DNA from: an uncultured Gemmatimonadales bacterium
Lineage (GTDB): Bacteria > Gemmatimonadota > Gemmatimonadetes > Gemmatimonadales > Gemmatimonadaceae
Length of the DNA: 64,000 bases
NCBI GenBank assembly: GCA_963793305.1
Contig: CAWBZV010000011.1
Location: forward strand, 64,001 to 128,000
Reading direction: 5' to 3'
Shown here: positions 37,072 through 48,248 of the stretch, piece after piece
Layout of the letters: each line of letters begins with the position of its first letter
How positions within the stretch are numbered: position 1 is the stretch's first letter
The notes under the pieces: model-generated
Database searches by the model: none
What the model was told of the DNA's origin: nothing
The model's input: only the letters and a program-made list of their open reading frames with translations
Program-made: the position numbers and the translations under genes

Positions 37072-37485
37072 GTGCGTATCGTGATCGCCACGGTCGGCGC
37101 GCCCCGCAACCGGGCGCTGGCCGAGGCGATCGCGGACTACGAGGGTCGAGCGGCGCGCTATTGGCCGCTCGATGTTCGGGAAGTGCGAGAGGAGCGCCTC
37201 GCCGGTGCTGTGGCCGAGGTCGACGTCGTAGCCTGTTCGGAGGACGGAGCGCGCATGTCGTCGGAGGAATTCGCGCGGTGGTTGCAAGCCGCGCGGGAGC
37301 GCGCGAAAGACTTCGCGTTCGTCATTGGCGGGGCGTTCGGATTGCCCGAGACGCTGCTCGAACGGGCGAAGAGCCGGTTGTCGCTCGCCCCCTGGACGCT
37401 CCCGCACGAGCTCGCGCGGCTCGTGCTCGCCGAGCAGCTCTATCGCGCGGGTACCATCGTGCGCGGGGAACCGTATCATAAATGA
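37072..37485 (+). CDS. rlmH: 23S rRNA (pseudouridine1915-N3)-methyltransferase
   Basis: FVIGGAFG, LSLAPWTLPHELARLVLAEQLYRA, PYHK. Confidence 0.9.
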   Translation: MRIVIATVGAPRNRALAEAIADYEGRAARYWPLDVREVREERLAGAVAEVDVVACSEDGARMSSEEFARWLQAARERAKDFAFVIGGAFGLPETLLERAKSRLSLAPWTLPHELARLVLAEQLYRAGTIVRGEPYHK

Positions 37486-39008
37486 GCGCCGAGGCTCCGC
37501 CCGCGACACGCGTCGACATTAGGACCAACCCGCTCGGTGGCTCGTCGCTCACACGCGCGTTGCTCGAGGGTAACCCCACCGTCGGCGCTTGGTATGCGAG
37601 CGCACCACGCACGCCTGCGGCGTGGCGGGAGCGCGTCAAGTCGATCGCGCTGCGCGATGAATGGCTCACGGCGATTGCACCCGCTATCAACGCGCGGCGT
37701 GAGGCTGCGGCACGACTTAACCGAGCCAGTGTGGTCGTCACGACCGGCCAGCAACCCGGGTTCTTCGGCGGCCCGATCTACACCTGGTCGAAGGCCCTCA
37801 GCGCGCTGGCCATGGCGGACGCCCTCGAAGCTGCCTGTGGCATCCCGGTCGCGCCGGTATTCTGGGCCGCGACCGACGATGGCGACCAGCGCGAAGCGCG
37901 GTCGACGTGGATCGCCGTGCCGGGCGGCGCGACCGAGCTGACAATGCCCGGGAGCGCGCCAGAGGGAACCATCATGAGCGCGGTCCCGGTCGGCGACGCC
38001 AGCGGCGCGATCGCACAGCTCGCGACCGCGACGGGGTCGGCCGTGTATCCCGACGCATTGGCCGCCCTTGCCGAGGCATACCACGCGGGTGAGACGGCTG
38101 GCGAGGCGTACATCGACTTGCTGCGGCGATTGCTCGAGCCGCTCGGCGTCGCGGTGCTCGACGCGTCGCACGAGTCGGTGCGCGTCGCCGCGCGACCGGT
38201 ATTGAGCCGGGCGTTGGAGCACGCCGCCGAGATCGAGCGCGCGTTGGCCGAGCGATCGAAGGCGATCGTCGGCGCGGGGTTCCGGCCGCAAGTCGCCGAT
38301 GTGCCCGGGCTGTCGCTCGTGTTCGCGTACGACGGGGCGGTCAAGACCCGGCTGCAGATCAGCGATCGCAGGCGAGCCGCGAGTCTCGGGCCGAACGTGT
38401 TGCTGCGACCCGTCGTCGAGTCGGTATTGCTTCCGACTGTGGCATACATGGCGGGCCCCGGCGAGCTCGCGTATTTCGCGCAGGTGACGCCGGTGGCCAA
38501 TGAGCTGGGACTGAGGCCGCCCGTGGCGCTGCCGCGCTGGTCGTGTACGATCGTTGAGCCGCACATCGCGCGACTACTCGCGCGCCACGGCCTCGAGGTC
38601 GACGATCTGCGGGATCCGCACGCGGCCGAGAATCGCCTGGCGCGCGAAGCGATGCCGCCGGAGCTCGGCGATGCGATCGCAGGGCTTCGGCGCCTCTTGG
38701 CCCATGGCATCGCGCAAGTGGAAAAAGCCGCGGGGGGACTCAACGTCTGGCCAACGACGTTCCAAGGCGCCCAGCGATCCGCCGGGTATAAGATCGACCG
38801 GCTCGAGCGCCGGATCCTCGCGCGAGTCAAGCGCGCGCACAAGGAAGGGATGACCGAGCTGGCCACGTTGCGCGGGGCGCTGTACCCCAACGGTGAGCCG
38901 CAGGAGCGCGCACTGAACATGATCCCGATGCTCGCGCGGCATGGACCGGCGCTGTTTGAGGCCATGCGGGCGGCGGCGCGCAAGCACGCGGACGCCCTTG
39001 TCGGATAA
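37482..39008 (+). CDS. bshC: bacillithiol biosynthesis protein BshC-like
   Basis: TTGQQPGFFGGP, PVFWAATDD, PNVLLRPV, LPTVAYMAGPGELAYFAQ, PQERALN. Confidence 0.88.
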   Translation: MSAEAPPATRVDIRTNPLGGSSLTRALLEGNPTVGAWYASAPRTPAAWRERVKSIALRDEWLTAIAPAINARREAAARLNRASVVVTTGQQPGFFGGPIYTWSKALSALAMADALEAACGIPVAPVFWAATDDGDQREARSTWIAVPGGATELTMPGSAPEGTIMSAVPVGDASGAIAQLATATGSAVYPDALAALAEAYHAGETAGEAYIDLLRRLLEPLGVAVLDASHESVRVAARPVLSRALEHAAEIERALAERSKAIVGAGFRPQVADVPGLSLVFAYDGAVKTRLQISDRRRAASLGPNVLLRPVVESVLLPTVAYMAGPGELAYFAQVTPVANELGLRPPVALPRWSCTIVEPHIARLLARHGLEVDDLRDPHAAENRLAREAMPPELGDAIAGLRRLLAHGIAQVEKAAGGLNVWPTTFQGAQRSAGYKIDRLERRILARVKRAHKEGMTELATLRGALYPNGEPQERALNMIPMLARHGPALFEAMRAAARKHADALVG

Positions 39009-40509
39009 GCGAAGCGGGAGAGCCGCCTCGCTCGTCGCGATCGGCATCCTGGCGAGCCGCCTCACGGGTCTCGTTCGCAGTCAGGTCTTCGCGCATTTCT
39101 TCGGGAGTCTGCCCGAGGCCGACGCGGTCACCGCGGCGTTTCGCATCCCGAATCTCTTGCAGAACCTGTTTGGCGAAGGCGCCATGTCGGCGTCGTTTAT
39201 CCCCGTGTACGCCAGTCTCCTCGCCCGGGGAGACGAAAAAGAGGCCGACCGCGTGGCCGGGGCGATTGCGGCGTTGCTTGCCCTGGTCGTGGCCATTGTC
39301 GTGCTCATCGGCGTGCTCGCCACGCCCGTGCTCATCGATCTCATCGCGCCAGGTTTTCAAGGCGAGCGGCGCGTGCTCTGCATCCAACTCGTTCGCATTC
39401 TCTTTCCCGGCGCTGGCTTCTTGGCGATGTCGGCCTGGTGCCTCGGGGTGTTGAACAGCCATCACAAGTTTCTGCTCTCCTACGCGTCGCCGGTGCTGTA
39501 CAACGCCGTGATCATTGCAACGCTCGCCGTCTTCGGCGGCCGCGTTGGCGTGTCGCACTTGGCGGTGCTATTCGCGTGGGGGTCGGTGGCGGCGAGTGTC
39601 GCGCAATTCGTCGTGCAATTGCCGACGGTGGTGAGAGTGGCGCCGATGCTGCGGGTGAGGTTGGATACCAAGTCCGCCGACGTCCGGGTGGTCGTACATA
39701 ATTTCGGGCCGACGTTCATCGCCCGCGGCGTCGTGCAGCTCAGCGCGTACATCGATCAATTTCTCGCGACCTGGCTGCCGTTAGGTGCCGTGGCGCTGCT
39801 TGGGTATGCGCAGATCTTGTACACGCTGCCGGTCAGCCTCTTCGGCATGTCCGTATCGGCGGCCGAGCTGCCGGCGATGTCACGAGACACGGCGGCCGAG
39901 GTGCTTCGGGAGCGGTTGAACGCCGGACTTCGACGCATCGCGTTTCTGGTCATTCCATCCGCCATGGCGTTTTTTGTTCTCGGGGATGTGCTCGGCGGGA
40001 TCTTCAGGACTGGGCGATTCACCGAGGCCGATACCGTGTGGGTCTGGCGAATCCTGGCCGGATCGGGCATCGGACTGCTGGCGTCGACTCTCGGCCGACT
40101 GTACTCGTCGACCTATTACGCCCTCAAGGACACGCGCACGCCACTCCGGTTCGCGGTCGTCCGCGTGACGCTGACGACGATCCTCGGCGTGTTGTTCGCG
40201 TTCGCGTTGCCGCGTTGGCTCGGCGTGGACACGCGCTGGGGCATGGCGGGCTTGACCGCCTCGGCCGGTCTCGCGGGCTGGGTCGAGTTCTACCTGCTGC
40301 GTCGTGGGATCACGCCCCGGATCGGGCAGACGGGCGTCCGAGGCCGTTATGTGGCTTCGCTGTGGGCCATAGCGGCCCTGTGCGCGGCGGCCGCGTACGG
40401 GCTCAAGCTGGTATTCCCGCCAGGTCACGCGTTCATACGCGCGGCGGCGATCCTCCCCGTCTACGGAGCGCTCTATCTCGCGCTCACAAAGGTGGCCAAC
40501 CCCAAGTAG
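38998..40509 (+). CDS. murJ: lipid II flippase MurJ/MviN
   Basis: SRLTGLVR, AFRIPNLLQNLFGEGAMSASFIPV, many TM segments, YYALKDTRTP. Confidence 0.92.
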   Translation: MSDKRSGRAASLVAIGILASRLTGLVRSQVFAHFFGSLPEADAVTAAFRIPNLLQNLFGEGAMSASFIPVYASLLARGDEKEADRVAGAIAALLALVVAIVVLIGVLATPVLIDLIAPGFQGERRVLCIQLVRILFPGAGFLAMSAWCLGVLNSHHKFLLSYASPVLYNAVIIATLAVFGGRVGVSHLAVLFAWGSVAASVAQFVVQLPTVVRVAPMLRVRLDTKSADVRVVVHNFGPTFIARGVVQLSAYIDQFLATWLPLGAVALLGYAQILYTLPVSLFGMSVSAAELPAMSRDTAAEVLRERLNAGLRRIAFLVIPSAMAFFVLGDVLGGIFRTGRFTEADTVWVWRILAGSGIGLLASTLGRLYSSTYYALKDTRTPLRFAVVRVTLTTILGVLFAFALPRWLGVDTRWGMAGLTASAGLAGWVEFYLLRRGITPRIGQTGVRGRYVASLWAIAALCAAAAYGLKLVFPPGHAFIRAAAILPVYGALYLALTKVANPK

Positions 40510-40520
40510 ATTTAGGGGTT

Positions 40521-42330
40521 ATGGAGGAAAAGGTCGCCCACCTGCCGGAATCACCGGGGGTGTATCTGTTTCGCGACGCGAACGGCGTTGTGCTCTATGT
40601 CGGCAAGGCGAAACGGTTGCGCTCGCGTGTGAGGAGCTATTTCAACGCGGATCACGCCAACAGCGTGAAGACGCTCCATCTCATGCGTTACGTCGCCGAT
40701 TTCGACACGATCGTGGTGCCGACCGAGGCGCACGCGCTCATCCTCGAAGCGAACCTCATTAAGGAGTACCACCCCCGGTTCAATATCGCGCTGCGGGACG
40801 ACAAGTCGTACCCGTATATCAAGGTCACCGTTCAAGAGCCCTTCCCACGGGTCTTTGTCACGCGCCGCCTACTGAACGACGGCGGGCGGTATTTCGGGCC
40901 ATACACCGACGTGGGGAAGATGCGGCGGGCGCTCAACGTCGTGAAGCAGATCTTCACGGTCCGCTCGTGCCGCTACGATATGCCGCGGGAGATGCCCGAG
41001 CGGCCGTGTCTCGACTACTACATCAAGCGATGCAAGGCGCCGTGCATCCTGGCGCAGTCCCAGGACGAGTATCGGGCCATGATCGAGGAAGTGCTCATCT
41101 TTCTCGACGGCAATGCGCGCGAGGTGGTGCGCCGAGTGCGCGCGCGCATGGACTCGGCGGCCGAGGCGTTGCATTACGAGCAAGCGGCCGAGTTGCGGGA
41201 TATGCTGGCGAAGTTGGAGCGGCTTGAGGAGCCGACGGTGGTCATGGAGGTCGAAGGCGGCGATAGGGATGTCGTCGGGTTCGCGCGCGATGGCGAGGAT
41301 GCCAGCGTGGTCACGATGCGCATTCGGAGCGGCAAGCTTTTGGCTCGCGACCATCGGTTGCTCTCCAACATCGAAGGCGAGAACGACGCCGCCGTACTCT
41401 CGGCTTACCTGAGCCAGAGTTATGCTGGTAGCGCCGAGAGAGCAGGGGAGTTGCTCGTCCCGTTCGATTTCGAGGACCGGGAGGCGCTGCAGGAGAACCT
41501 CACGGGCACGCGCGTCCTCGTACCGCAACGAGGGCCGAAGCGGGAGTTGGTTGATCTCGCCGAGCAGAATGCCCGACACTTGCTCGAAGAGTTCAAGCTC
41601 GCCGCTGACGAATCGGATGTACGAGCGGGCGAGCCGGTGTACGATCTCCAGAGAGAGCTGGGCCTGGTGAAGTTGCCTCGGTCCCTCGTGTGCTTCGACA
41701 TCTCGCATGCCCAAGGCACTGACACCGTTGCCTCGCTCGTGTGGTTCGAGAATGGGCGCGCCAAGCGATCCGAGTATCGCAAGTTCAAGATCGCGACCGT
41801 CGAGGGCGTGGACGATTTTGCGTCGATGCGCGAAGTCGTGCACCGATACTTCGCGCGGCGGGTAGCAGAGGAGAAGCCATTGCCGGATCTCGTCGTCATC
41901 GACGGCGGCAAAGGTCAGCTCAACGCGGCCACCCAGGCGCTGCACGACCTCGGGCTCGGAGAGATGCCGGTCGTGAGTCTGGCGAAGAAAGAGGAGGAGC
42001 TCTTCCTGCCGGGCCGGTCGGAGTCGATTCGGCTCTCGCGGCGGTCACCGGGCTTGAGGCTCGTGCAGCAAGCGCGCGACGAGGCCCATCGCTTCGCGCT
42101 GACGTTTCAGCGCAAGCGCCGGGCGGTGCGCACCGTGACGTTCCGAGCTGCTCAAGGTGCCCGGTATTGGACCAGTGAGACGAAGGGCCTTACTGAAAGC
42201 GTTTGGTAGCGTGCAGGGCGTGCGCGAAGCGACAGCCGAGCAAATCGCGACGGTTCCGGGGTTCACGGTGGCGACGGCGCAAAAGCTGCTCACTTCTCTC
42301 AATCCGAGCTATGTCCCTAGCGATTCTTGA
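40521..42330 (+). CDS. uvrC: excinuclease ABC subunit C; frameshift at ~42141
   Basis: PGVYLF...LYVGKAK (GIY-YIG), CFDISH, DDFASM, IDGGKGQL, RDEAHRFA. The HhH tail VPGIGPVRRRALLKAFGS lies in the shifted frame, ending at TGA 42328-42330. Confidence 0.95.
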
Positions 42331-43495
42331 CCCTTTCAGCGGCATCGCCGGCGACATGACGCTCGGCGCGCTCATCGCCTGCGGCCTCGATCCCGAGTGG
42401 CTGCGGGCGCTGCCGACGCGCCTCGGGCTCGATGGCGTTCGCGTCGATATCGCCGAGGTGCAACGCGCGGGGATTGCGTGCGTGAAAGTCGATTTCGACA
42501 TCCCGCCGCAGCCGCATGGGCGGCACGTGAGCGCGATTCGGAAGATCATCGCGGCGTCGGGTGCGCCGGAGGCGGTGCGGGCGAGGGCCGACTCGGCGTT
42601 CATGGCCATCGCCACGGTTGAAGGCGCCATGCATGGCATGCCCGCAGAGAAAGTGCACTTGCACGAGGTCGGTGCCGTGGACGCGATTCTTGACGTGATC
42701 GCCTCTATCTGGGGCTTCACGCTCCTCGGCGTCACCAGCGTGTATGTCGGGCCGATTGCGTTGGGCGACGGGACGGTGGAGGCCGCGCACGGGACGCTGC
42801 CGGTGCCGGCGCCGGCCACGCTCAAGCTCCTGGAAGGTCATCAGGTTCGTTCGGGTCCTTCTGGATCCGGTGAGCTGACCACGCCGACCGGCGCGGCGCT
42901 CGTGCACGTGCTCTCGCTCGGCGCCCCGCCCGTATCATACGTCCCGCGGCGCAGTGGATTCGGCGCGGGGACGAAAGACTTTCGCGGTCGCGCGAATGCG
43001 CTGCGTTTGGTATTGGCCGAGGCGGTCGCCGACGGGGCGACACGCGAGTCGATGGTCGTGCTGGCCGCGGACATCGACGACATGACTGGCGAGTATCTCG
43101 CCGATCTCGCCGACTCGCTTCGCTCGTCCGGCGCCTCCGACGTCGTGCTGATCCCCACCATCATGAAGAAGGGCCGTCCGGGCACACGCGTGGAAGTGCT
43201 TGCGTCTCCGGCGGCGGTTGAGCAGCTCGAGCAGGTGCTCTTCGAGCAGAGCACGACCCTCGGCGTGAGGCGTACGAACGTCGAGAGAACAGCGCTGCCA
43301 CGTCGCACCATTTCGGTCGACGTCGACGGACATCGGATCGCGGTCAAGGTGGCAACGTTGCCCGATGGCGGCACCCGGGCGAAACCCGAATATGTGGATG
43401 TTCACCGCGTGGCGGAGGCGACAGGCCTCCGGCCAAGCGATATATTTTCACTCGCGGCGGAGGCCGCTCGGCGCGAAGACGCCGATCTATCCTAA
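42311..43495 (+). CDS. larC: nickel pincer cofactor biosynthesis protein LarC family
   Basis: SGIAGDMTLGAL, VHLHEVGAVDAILD, HGTLPVPAPAT, ELTTPTGAA, MKKGRPG, TTLGVR, KPEY. Confidence 0.9.
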   Translation: MSLAILDPFSGIAGDMTLGALIACGLDPEWLRALPTRLGLDGVRVDIAEVQRAGIACVKVDFDIPPQPHGRHVSAIRKIIAASGAPEAVRARADSAFMAIATVEGAMHGMPAEKVHLHEVGAVDAILDVIASIWGFTLLGVTSVYVGPIALGDGTVEAAHGTLPVPAPATLKLLEGHQVRSGPSGSGELTTPTGAALVHVLSLGAPPVSYVPRRSGFGAGTKDFRGRANALRLVLAEAVADGATRESMVVLAADIDDMTGEYLADLADSLRSSGASDVVLIPTIMKKGRPGTRVEVLASPAAVEQLEQVLFEQSTTLGVRRTNVERTALPRRTISVDVDGHRIAVKVATLPDGGTRAKPEYVDVHRVAEATGLRPSDIFSLAAEAARREDADLS

Positions 43496-45021
43496 TGTCC
43501 AGGAGCTCACCGATGCGCGATGTGGTCGCATGCGGAGTGTTGTGTTTGCTCTCTTTCCCGGTACTGGCGCACGCCCAGGACAGCAAGAAAAAGGGCGACA
43601 GCAAGCCGGCATCGAAGTGCGAGATCGATCTCAACAGCCCGGCTGAGATGTTCTCGGCGGCGCTGTACCTGAGGAAGGCGACGGAAGCGAAAACCGACAC
43701 GGCCGAGCAGAACAAAGACTGGAAGGCCGCGGTCGGCGCGCTCAGCGCACCGGGGTACAAGAATCCGAACCCGTCCGGCTACGCCTACATCGTCGGTCAG
43801 GCGCTGGTCACCCTCGGCACGCGCCCAGGCGCGCCCGAGAGCGCCCCGCGCTCCACGTACGGATATAAGGACAACCCGACGGGCACGATCGACCCGCTGG
43901 CGACGGCCGATACGATGCTCAAGTCGCTCGCTGTGGCGAAGCCGCTGTGCGAGCCGGTGGCGGTGAGCATTCGCGAGCAGGGATATATCCCGCTCTACAA
44001 CCTCGGCGCGAAGTCCCTGAGCTCGAACTCGCTGGATACGGCCAAGGCCGCCGCGGCACGGGCGGTGATTTTGGCTCCCGACCGGCCCGAAGCGTACAAC
44101 CTGCTGGCCGGCGTCGCGCTCAAGCAGAAGGATCTGCCGGCGGCGGCCGCGAACTACAAGAAGGTGATCGAGACCTCCGGCAGCGATACCGGGTTCACGA
44201 AGACGAAGTCGGGCGCGCTGTTCAACCTCGGTGTCGTGGAGCAGAACCAGTCGGATGCCGCGACCGGCGATCAAAAGAAGGAGTTCGCGAAAGCAGCAGC
44301 CGATGCCTGGACGCAGTACATCCAGATGAACCCGAACGATGCCGACGCCAAGACCGCGCTCGCGCGAGCACAGCAGTCGGCGGGCGATACCGCGGCGGTC
44401 AGCCAGGCCTACGGCGACATGATCGCGAATCCCGACAAGTACACGGACCTGCAGCTTTTCCAGGCCGCGTTCACCGCGTCGCGCACGAATCGCGATGCTG
44501 ATGCCGAGAAGCTGTTCAGCGCGGGGCTCAAGCTGAATCCATACTTCCGGGACGCGCTCTACTATGTCGCGGCCGGGGCCTTCAATCAGAAGAAAGCGGA
44601 CACGTTGTTCCCGCTGGCCCGGAAGCTCGTCGATATCGACCCGAACAATGCGGATAATTGGCGGCTCCTCGCGGGCGCGTACCAGCTCCGCGCCAACGGC
44701 GAGCCGGCCAAGCCGGTGGCGCGCAAGGCCGACGTGGACTCGACGATGCAGTTCCTCACCAAGAGCAAGACGCTGCCGCTGCAGCTGCGCGTGACCAAGT
44801 TCGCGAAGGACGGCGACAAGCTGACCGTCGCCGGCACGGTGGCGAACAGCGGCACCAAGAACGATTCGCTCACCATCAAGTTCCAGTTCATCGACAAGAA
44901 CGGTCAGACCCTGACCACGCAGAGCGTCCCGGTATCGGTCGCCGCGGGTGGCACGCAGCAGTTCGAGACCAGCGTGACGCAACCAGGGATCGCATTGTTC
45001 AAATACGCCCCGTTGGAGTAA
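43495..45021 (+). CDS. exported TPR-repeat protein with a C-terminal Ig-like domain
   Basis: Signal peptide (AHA-Q), TPR-like helices (EAYNLLAG, ALFNLG), beta-rich tail (VAGTVANSG...FQFIDKNG). Confidence 0.7.
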   Translation: MSRSSPMRDVVACGVLCLLSFPVLAHAQDSKKKGDSKPASKCEIDLNSPAEMFSAALYLRKATEAKTDTAEQNKDWKAAVGALSAPGYKNPNPSGYAYIVGQALVTLGTRPGAPESAPRSTYGYKDNPTGTIDPLATADTMLKSLAVAKPLCEPVAVSIREQGYIPLYNLGAKSLSSNSLDTAKAAAARAVILAPDRPEAYNLLAGVALKQKDLPAAAANYKKVIETSGSDTGFTKTKSGALFNLGVVEQNQSDAATGDQKKEFAKAAADAWTQYIQMNPNDADAKTALARAQQSAGDTAAVSQAYGDMIANPDKYTDLQLFQAAFTASRTNRDADAEKLFSAGLKLNPYFRDALYYVAAGAFNQKKADTLFPLARKLVDIDPNNADNWRLLAGAYQLRANGEPAKPVARKADVDSTMQFLTKSKTLPLQLRVTKFAKDGDKLTVAGTVANSGTKNDSLTIKFQFIDKNGQTLTTQSVPVSVAAGGTQQFETSVTQPGIALFKYAPLE

Positions 45022-46266
45022 TGGTCCGCGTCGCGAGGGTCGCACCAGGAAGTATCGCCGAGCATGTCGGGCTCGGGCCGGGGACCGAGCTCGTCTCGGT
45101 CAACGGGCGATCGCTCGTGGACTTTCTCGACTGGGAGTTTCTCAGCGCGGACGACGAGCTCGAGATAGAAGCTCGGCAAGATGGCGAGACGGTTATTTAC
45201 GAGATTGCTCGTGATGACGGGCAATCGCTCGGCGTCGAGCTGGAACCGCCAACGGTTCGCCAATGCGCGAACCGTTGCGAGTTCTGTTTTATCGAGGGAT
45301 TACCTCCGGGCCTCCGCAAGCCTCTGTACTTACGCGACGACGACTATCGGCTGTCATTCGCGTATGGCAACTTCGCGACGTTGTCGAATGTCAGGGAGCG
45401 CGACGTTCAAGCGCATCTTCGAATATCACCTGTCGCCGCTCTACGTCTCGGTGCACGCCACACCGCACGAGGCGCGAAAAGTCTTACTGAACAACCCCAA
45501 GGTCCCCGATATCCTGGCCCAGCTGCGAACGCTCGCCAGTGGGGGCATTGAGTTTCATTGTCAGATGGTCATTGTGCCAGGACTCAACGACGGCGCCATC
45601 TTGGATGAGTCCCTGGCCGATCTGTGGTCGCTCGATGAAGCCGTGCTGTCGGTCGCGATCGTCCCCGTGGGGCTGACCCAATTTTCGCATCTGTACACCG
45701 GTCGCACGATGGATCGGGCCGCTGCGCGGCAGCTGCTGCGGCAGATCGCCCCATGGACCGAGCGGCGCGAAACACCATGGGTGTTCGGCTCGGACGAGCT
45801 CTATTTGCTCGCCGGTGTCGAGGTCCCCGATGCCGACTACTATGGGGAGTTCGACCAGGTGGAGAACGGTGTCGGCTCTATCGCGCTCCTGCGGCGCCGG
45901 GTCAGAGAAGGGGTGAAGGATCTTCCGCGACTGGACGGCCGGCGTATTGGAGTGGTGACGGGAACGTCGATGGCGCCACTCATGCCCGAATTGCTGGAGC
46001 GTTTGCATGAGGCGACCGGAGCGACGTTCGAGCTCATTCCGGTCGAGAATAGTCTCTTTGGCCCGACGACCACGACGGCCGGGTTGCTGGTGGGCGCCGA
46101 TATTCGGCGGGCGCTCGACGGTCGCGTGGATCTGGACGAAGCGCTGATCCCGGCCGAGACGATCAACGATCGTGGAGTATTTCTCGACGACGTGACGTTT
46201 GAAGAGGTGCGTGCCGGATTGCCGATGCCCGTGCGGCCTTCGTACGATTTTATCGACGCATTATGA
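45021..46266 (+). CDS. DUF512 protein (PDZ-like N-terminus, radical-SAM-like CxxxCxxC); frameshift at ~45406
   Basis: VAPGSIAE, CANRCEFCF, DDDYRLSF.YGNF, SPLYVSVH, VPVGLT, QVENGVG. Confidence 0.85.
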
Positions 46267-47570
46267 GCACGCCAGTCGTTGCGCTCATTGGGCGGCCGAA
46301 CGTCGGAAAGTCGGCGTTGTTCAATCGGATTGTCGGCGCGAATTCCGCGATCGTGACCGATGAGCCGGGCACGACGCGCGATCGACATTTCGCGCACGCC
46401 GAGTGGGGCGGGAAGGGCTTCTGGCTCGTGGACACGGGCGGCCTGGTCGAAGACTCGGATGTGCCGATGAACGTGGAGATTCGCCGCCAGGTAGGAGAGG
46501 CGATAGAAGAGGCGGATCTGTTGCTGTTCGTTGTCGACGCCAAGACGGGGTTGACGCCCAGCGACTATAGAATTGCCGAGGTACTGCGTGAGTCGAAGCG
46601 GCCATGGGTCCTGGTCGCCAACAAGGTTGACGATCCGTCTTCGACTGATTTCTACGAGTTCTACAACCTCGGAGCGGGCGACCCGATACCGGTCTCAGCC
46701 GTGAACGGGAAAGGTTCCGGCGATTTGCTCGACGCGGTCGTTGAGCGGATTCCGGAGAGCCCGGTCGACGAGCAGCCCGGGTTGCGGGTAGCGGTGATCG
46801 GCCGGCCGAACGTCGGGAAATCATCGATCGTCAATCGCCTGCTCGGCGAAGAGCGGCTCGTGGTGGCCGAGGAGGCCGGGACGACGCGGGATGCGATCGA
46901 CGCGCCGCTGGTGTACCATGGCCAGCCCATGATTTTCGTCGATACCGCGGGTCTCAGACGGCAATCGAAGGTCGACGACGGCATCGAGTTCTACTCGTCG
47001 CTCCGGACGCGACGGGCGATCGAGCGCGCGGACATCTGTGTGCTGGTGTTGGATGCCGTGGAAGGGATGCACGTGCAGGATCTCAAGATCGCGGCGCTGG
47101 CCTGGGAGGCCGGGCGGGGGTTGATCGTCGTCGTCAACAAATGGGATTTGAAAGACAAAGACGACAAGACCGCGCCCCATTTCCAGAAGGAAGCGGCCGA
47201 AAAAGCGCCGTTTTTGGGGTTCGTACCATTCCTGTTCACTTCGGCAGTGACAGGACAACGGGTAACGCGTATCCTCGATGAGGTACTGGCAGTCGATCTA
47301 GAGCGGCGGAAGCGGATCCCGACATCCGAGGTCAATGAGACGCTCAAGGCGCTGTTGGCGCGCCGGCAGCCGCCTCAAGCAGCTGGGCGCGATGTGCGCC
47401 TCAACTATGCGACCCAGGTCGAGGTAGCACCGCCAGTGATCGCGGTCTTCGGCAACCACCCGGATCTGGTGCAGGAGCATTACGTGCGATATCTCCACAA
47501 CGGCTTTCGCGCAGCGTGGGGATTTACCGGCAGTCCACTCCTCGTGGTCATGCGCGGGAAGGCGGCGTAA
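46263..47570 (+). CDS. der: ribosome biogenesis GTPase Der (EngA)
   Basis: Two G-domains (GRPNVGKS twice, DTGG, DTAG, NKVD, NKWD). Confidence 0.97.
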   Translation: MSTPVVALIGRPNVGKSALFNRIVGANSAIVTDEPGTTRDRHFAHAEWGGKGFWLVDTGGLVEDSDVPMNVEIRRQVGEAIEEADLLLFVVDAKTGLTPSDYRIAEVLRESKRPWVLVANKVDDPSSTDFYEFYNLGAGDPIPVSAVNGKGSGDLLDAVVERIPESPVDEQPGLRVAVIGRPNVGKSSIVNRLLGEERLVVAEEAGTTRDAIDAPLVYHGQPMIFVDTAGLRRQSKVDDGIEFYSSLRTRRAIERADICVLVLDAVEGMHVQDLKIAALAWEAGRGLIVVVNKWDLKDKDDKTAPHFQKEAAEKAPFLGFVPFLFTSAVTGQRVTRILDEVLAVDLERRKRIPTSEVNETLKALLARRQPPQAAGRDVRLNYATQVEVAPPVIAVFGNHPDLVQEHYVRYLHNGFRAAWGFTGSPLLVVMRGKAA

Positions 47571-48248
47571 TGTCTCCGGTGATCGGCCTCATCCTCGCCT
47601 ATCTCATCGGGTCCGTACCCTTTGCGTATCTGATCGGCCGTCTGTTCGGCCATGTCGACCTCCGCCGGGTCGGCTCCGGGAACCTGGGCGCGACGAATCT
47701 TGCGCGGCAGATGGGCTGGCCGTTCTTCTTCTTGGTGTTCGCGCTCGACGCAGCCAAGGGTGCTCTGCCCGTGATGCTGCTGCCCTCACCCGGTGACCTG
47801 GCACAACACCGAGATGTGGCAGATTGCGCTCGGCGTTGCCGCGATCATCGGCCATACGCGCCCCATCTTCTTGCTCGGCCACGGCGGCGGGAAGGGCGTC
47901 GCTACCGCGGCGGGTGTGTTCTACGGATTGATACCGCACCAGACCGTCGACGTCCTCGTGATCTTCGGCCTCGTCGTGCTGATTACGAAATACGTGTCCC
48001 TCGGCTCGCTCACGGCGTCGGGGATCCTGCCGATCATGGTGCTCATCGGACGTGGCGCGACGCCGGTGTTCTGGTTCTCGCTGTTTATCGCGCTCTTCAT
48101 TGGCTATACGCACCGCAAGAACATCCAGCGATTGCGAAAGGGCAAAGAGCCGCGAATCGATCGGAGCCCTCCCAAGCCGGAAGGAGAGAAGGAGCCAGTC
48201 GGGAGCGGCCCGCCAGAGCCACCGAAGAGCGAGGCGGGCGACGTGTGA
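47570..48248 (+). CDS. plsY: glycerol-3-phosphate acyltransferase PlsY; frameshift at ~47790
   Basis: YLIGSVPF, GSGNLGATN, DAAKG, GGKGVAT, YVSLGS, HRKNIQRL. Confidence 0.92.

Noticed and set aside
43507..45045. Long antisense ORFs (512 aa here; also 4025..5545 and 37778..38983)
   Set aside because: These are typical stop-poor shadows of high-GC coding strands, with no recognisable motifs.
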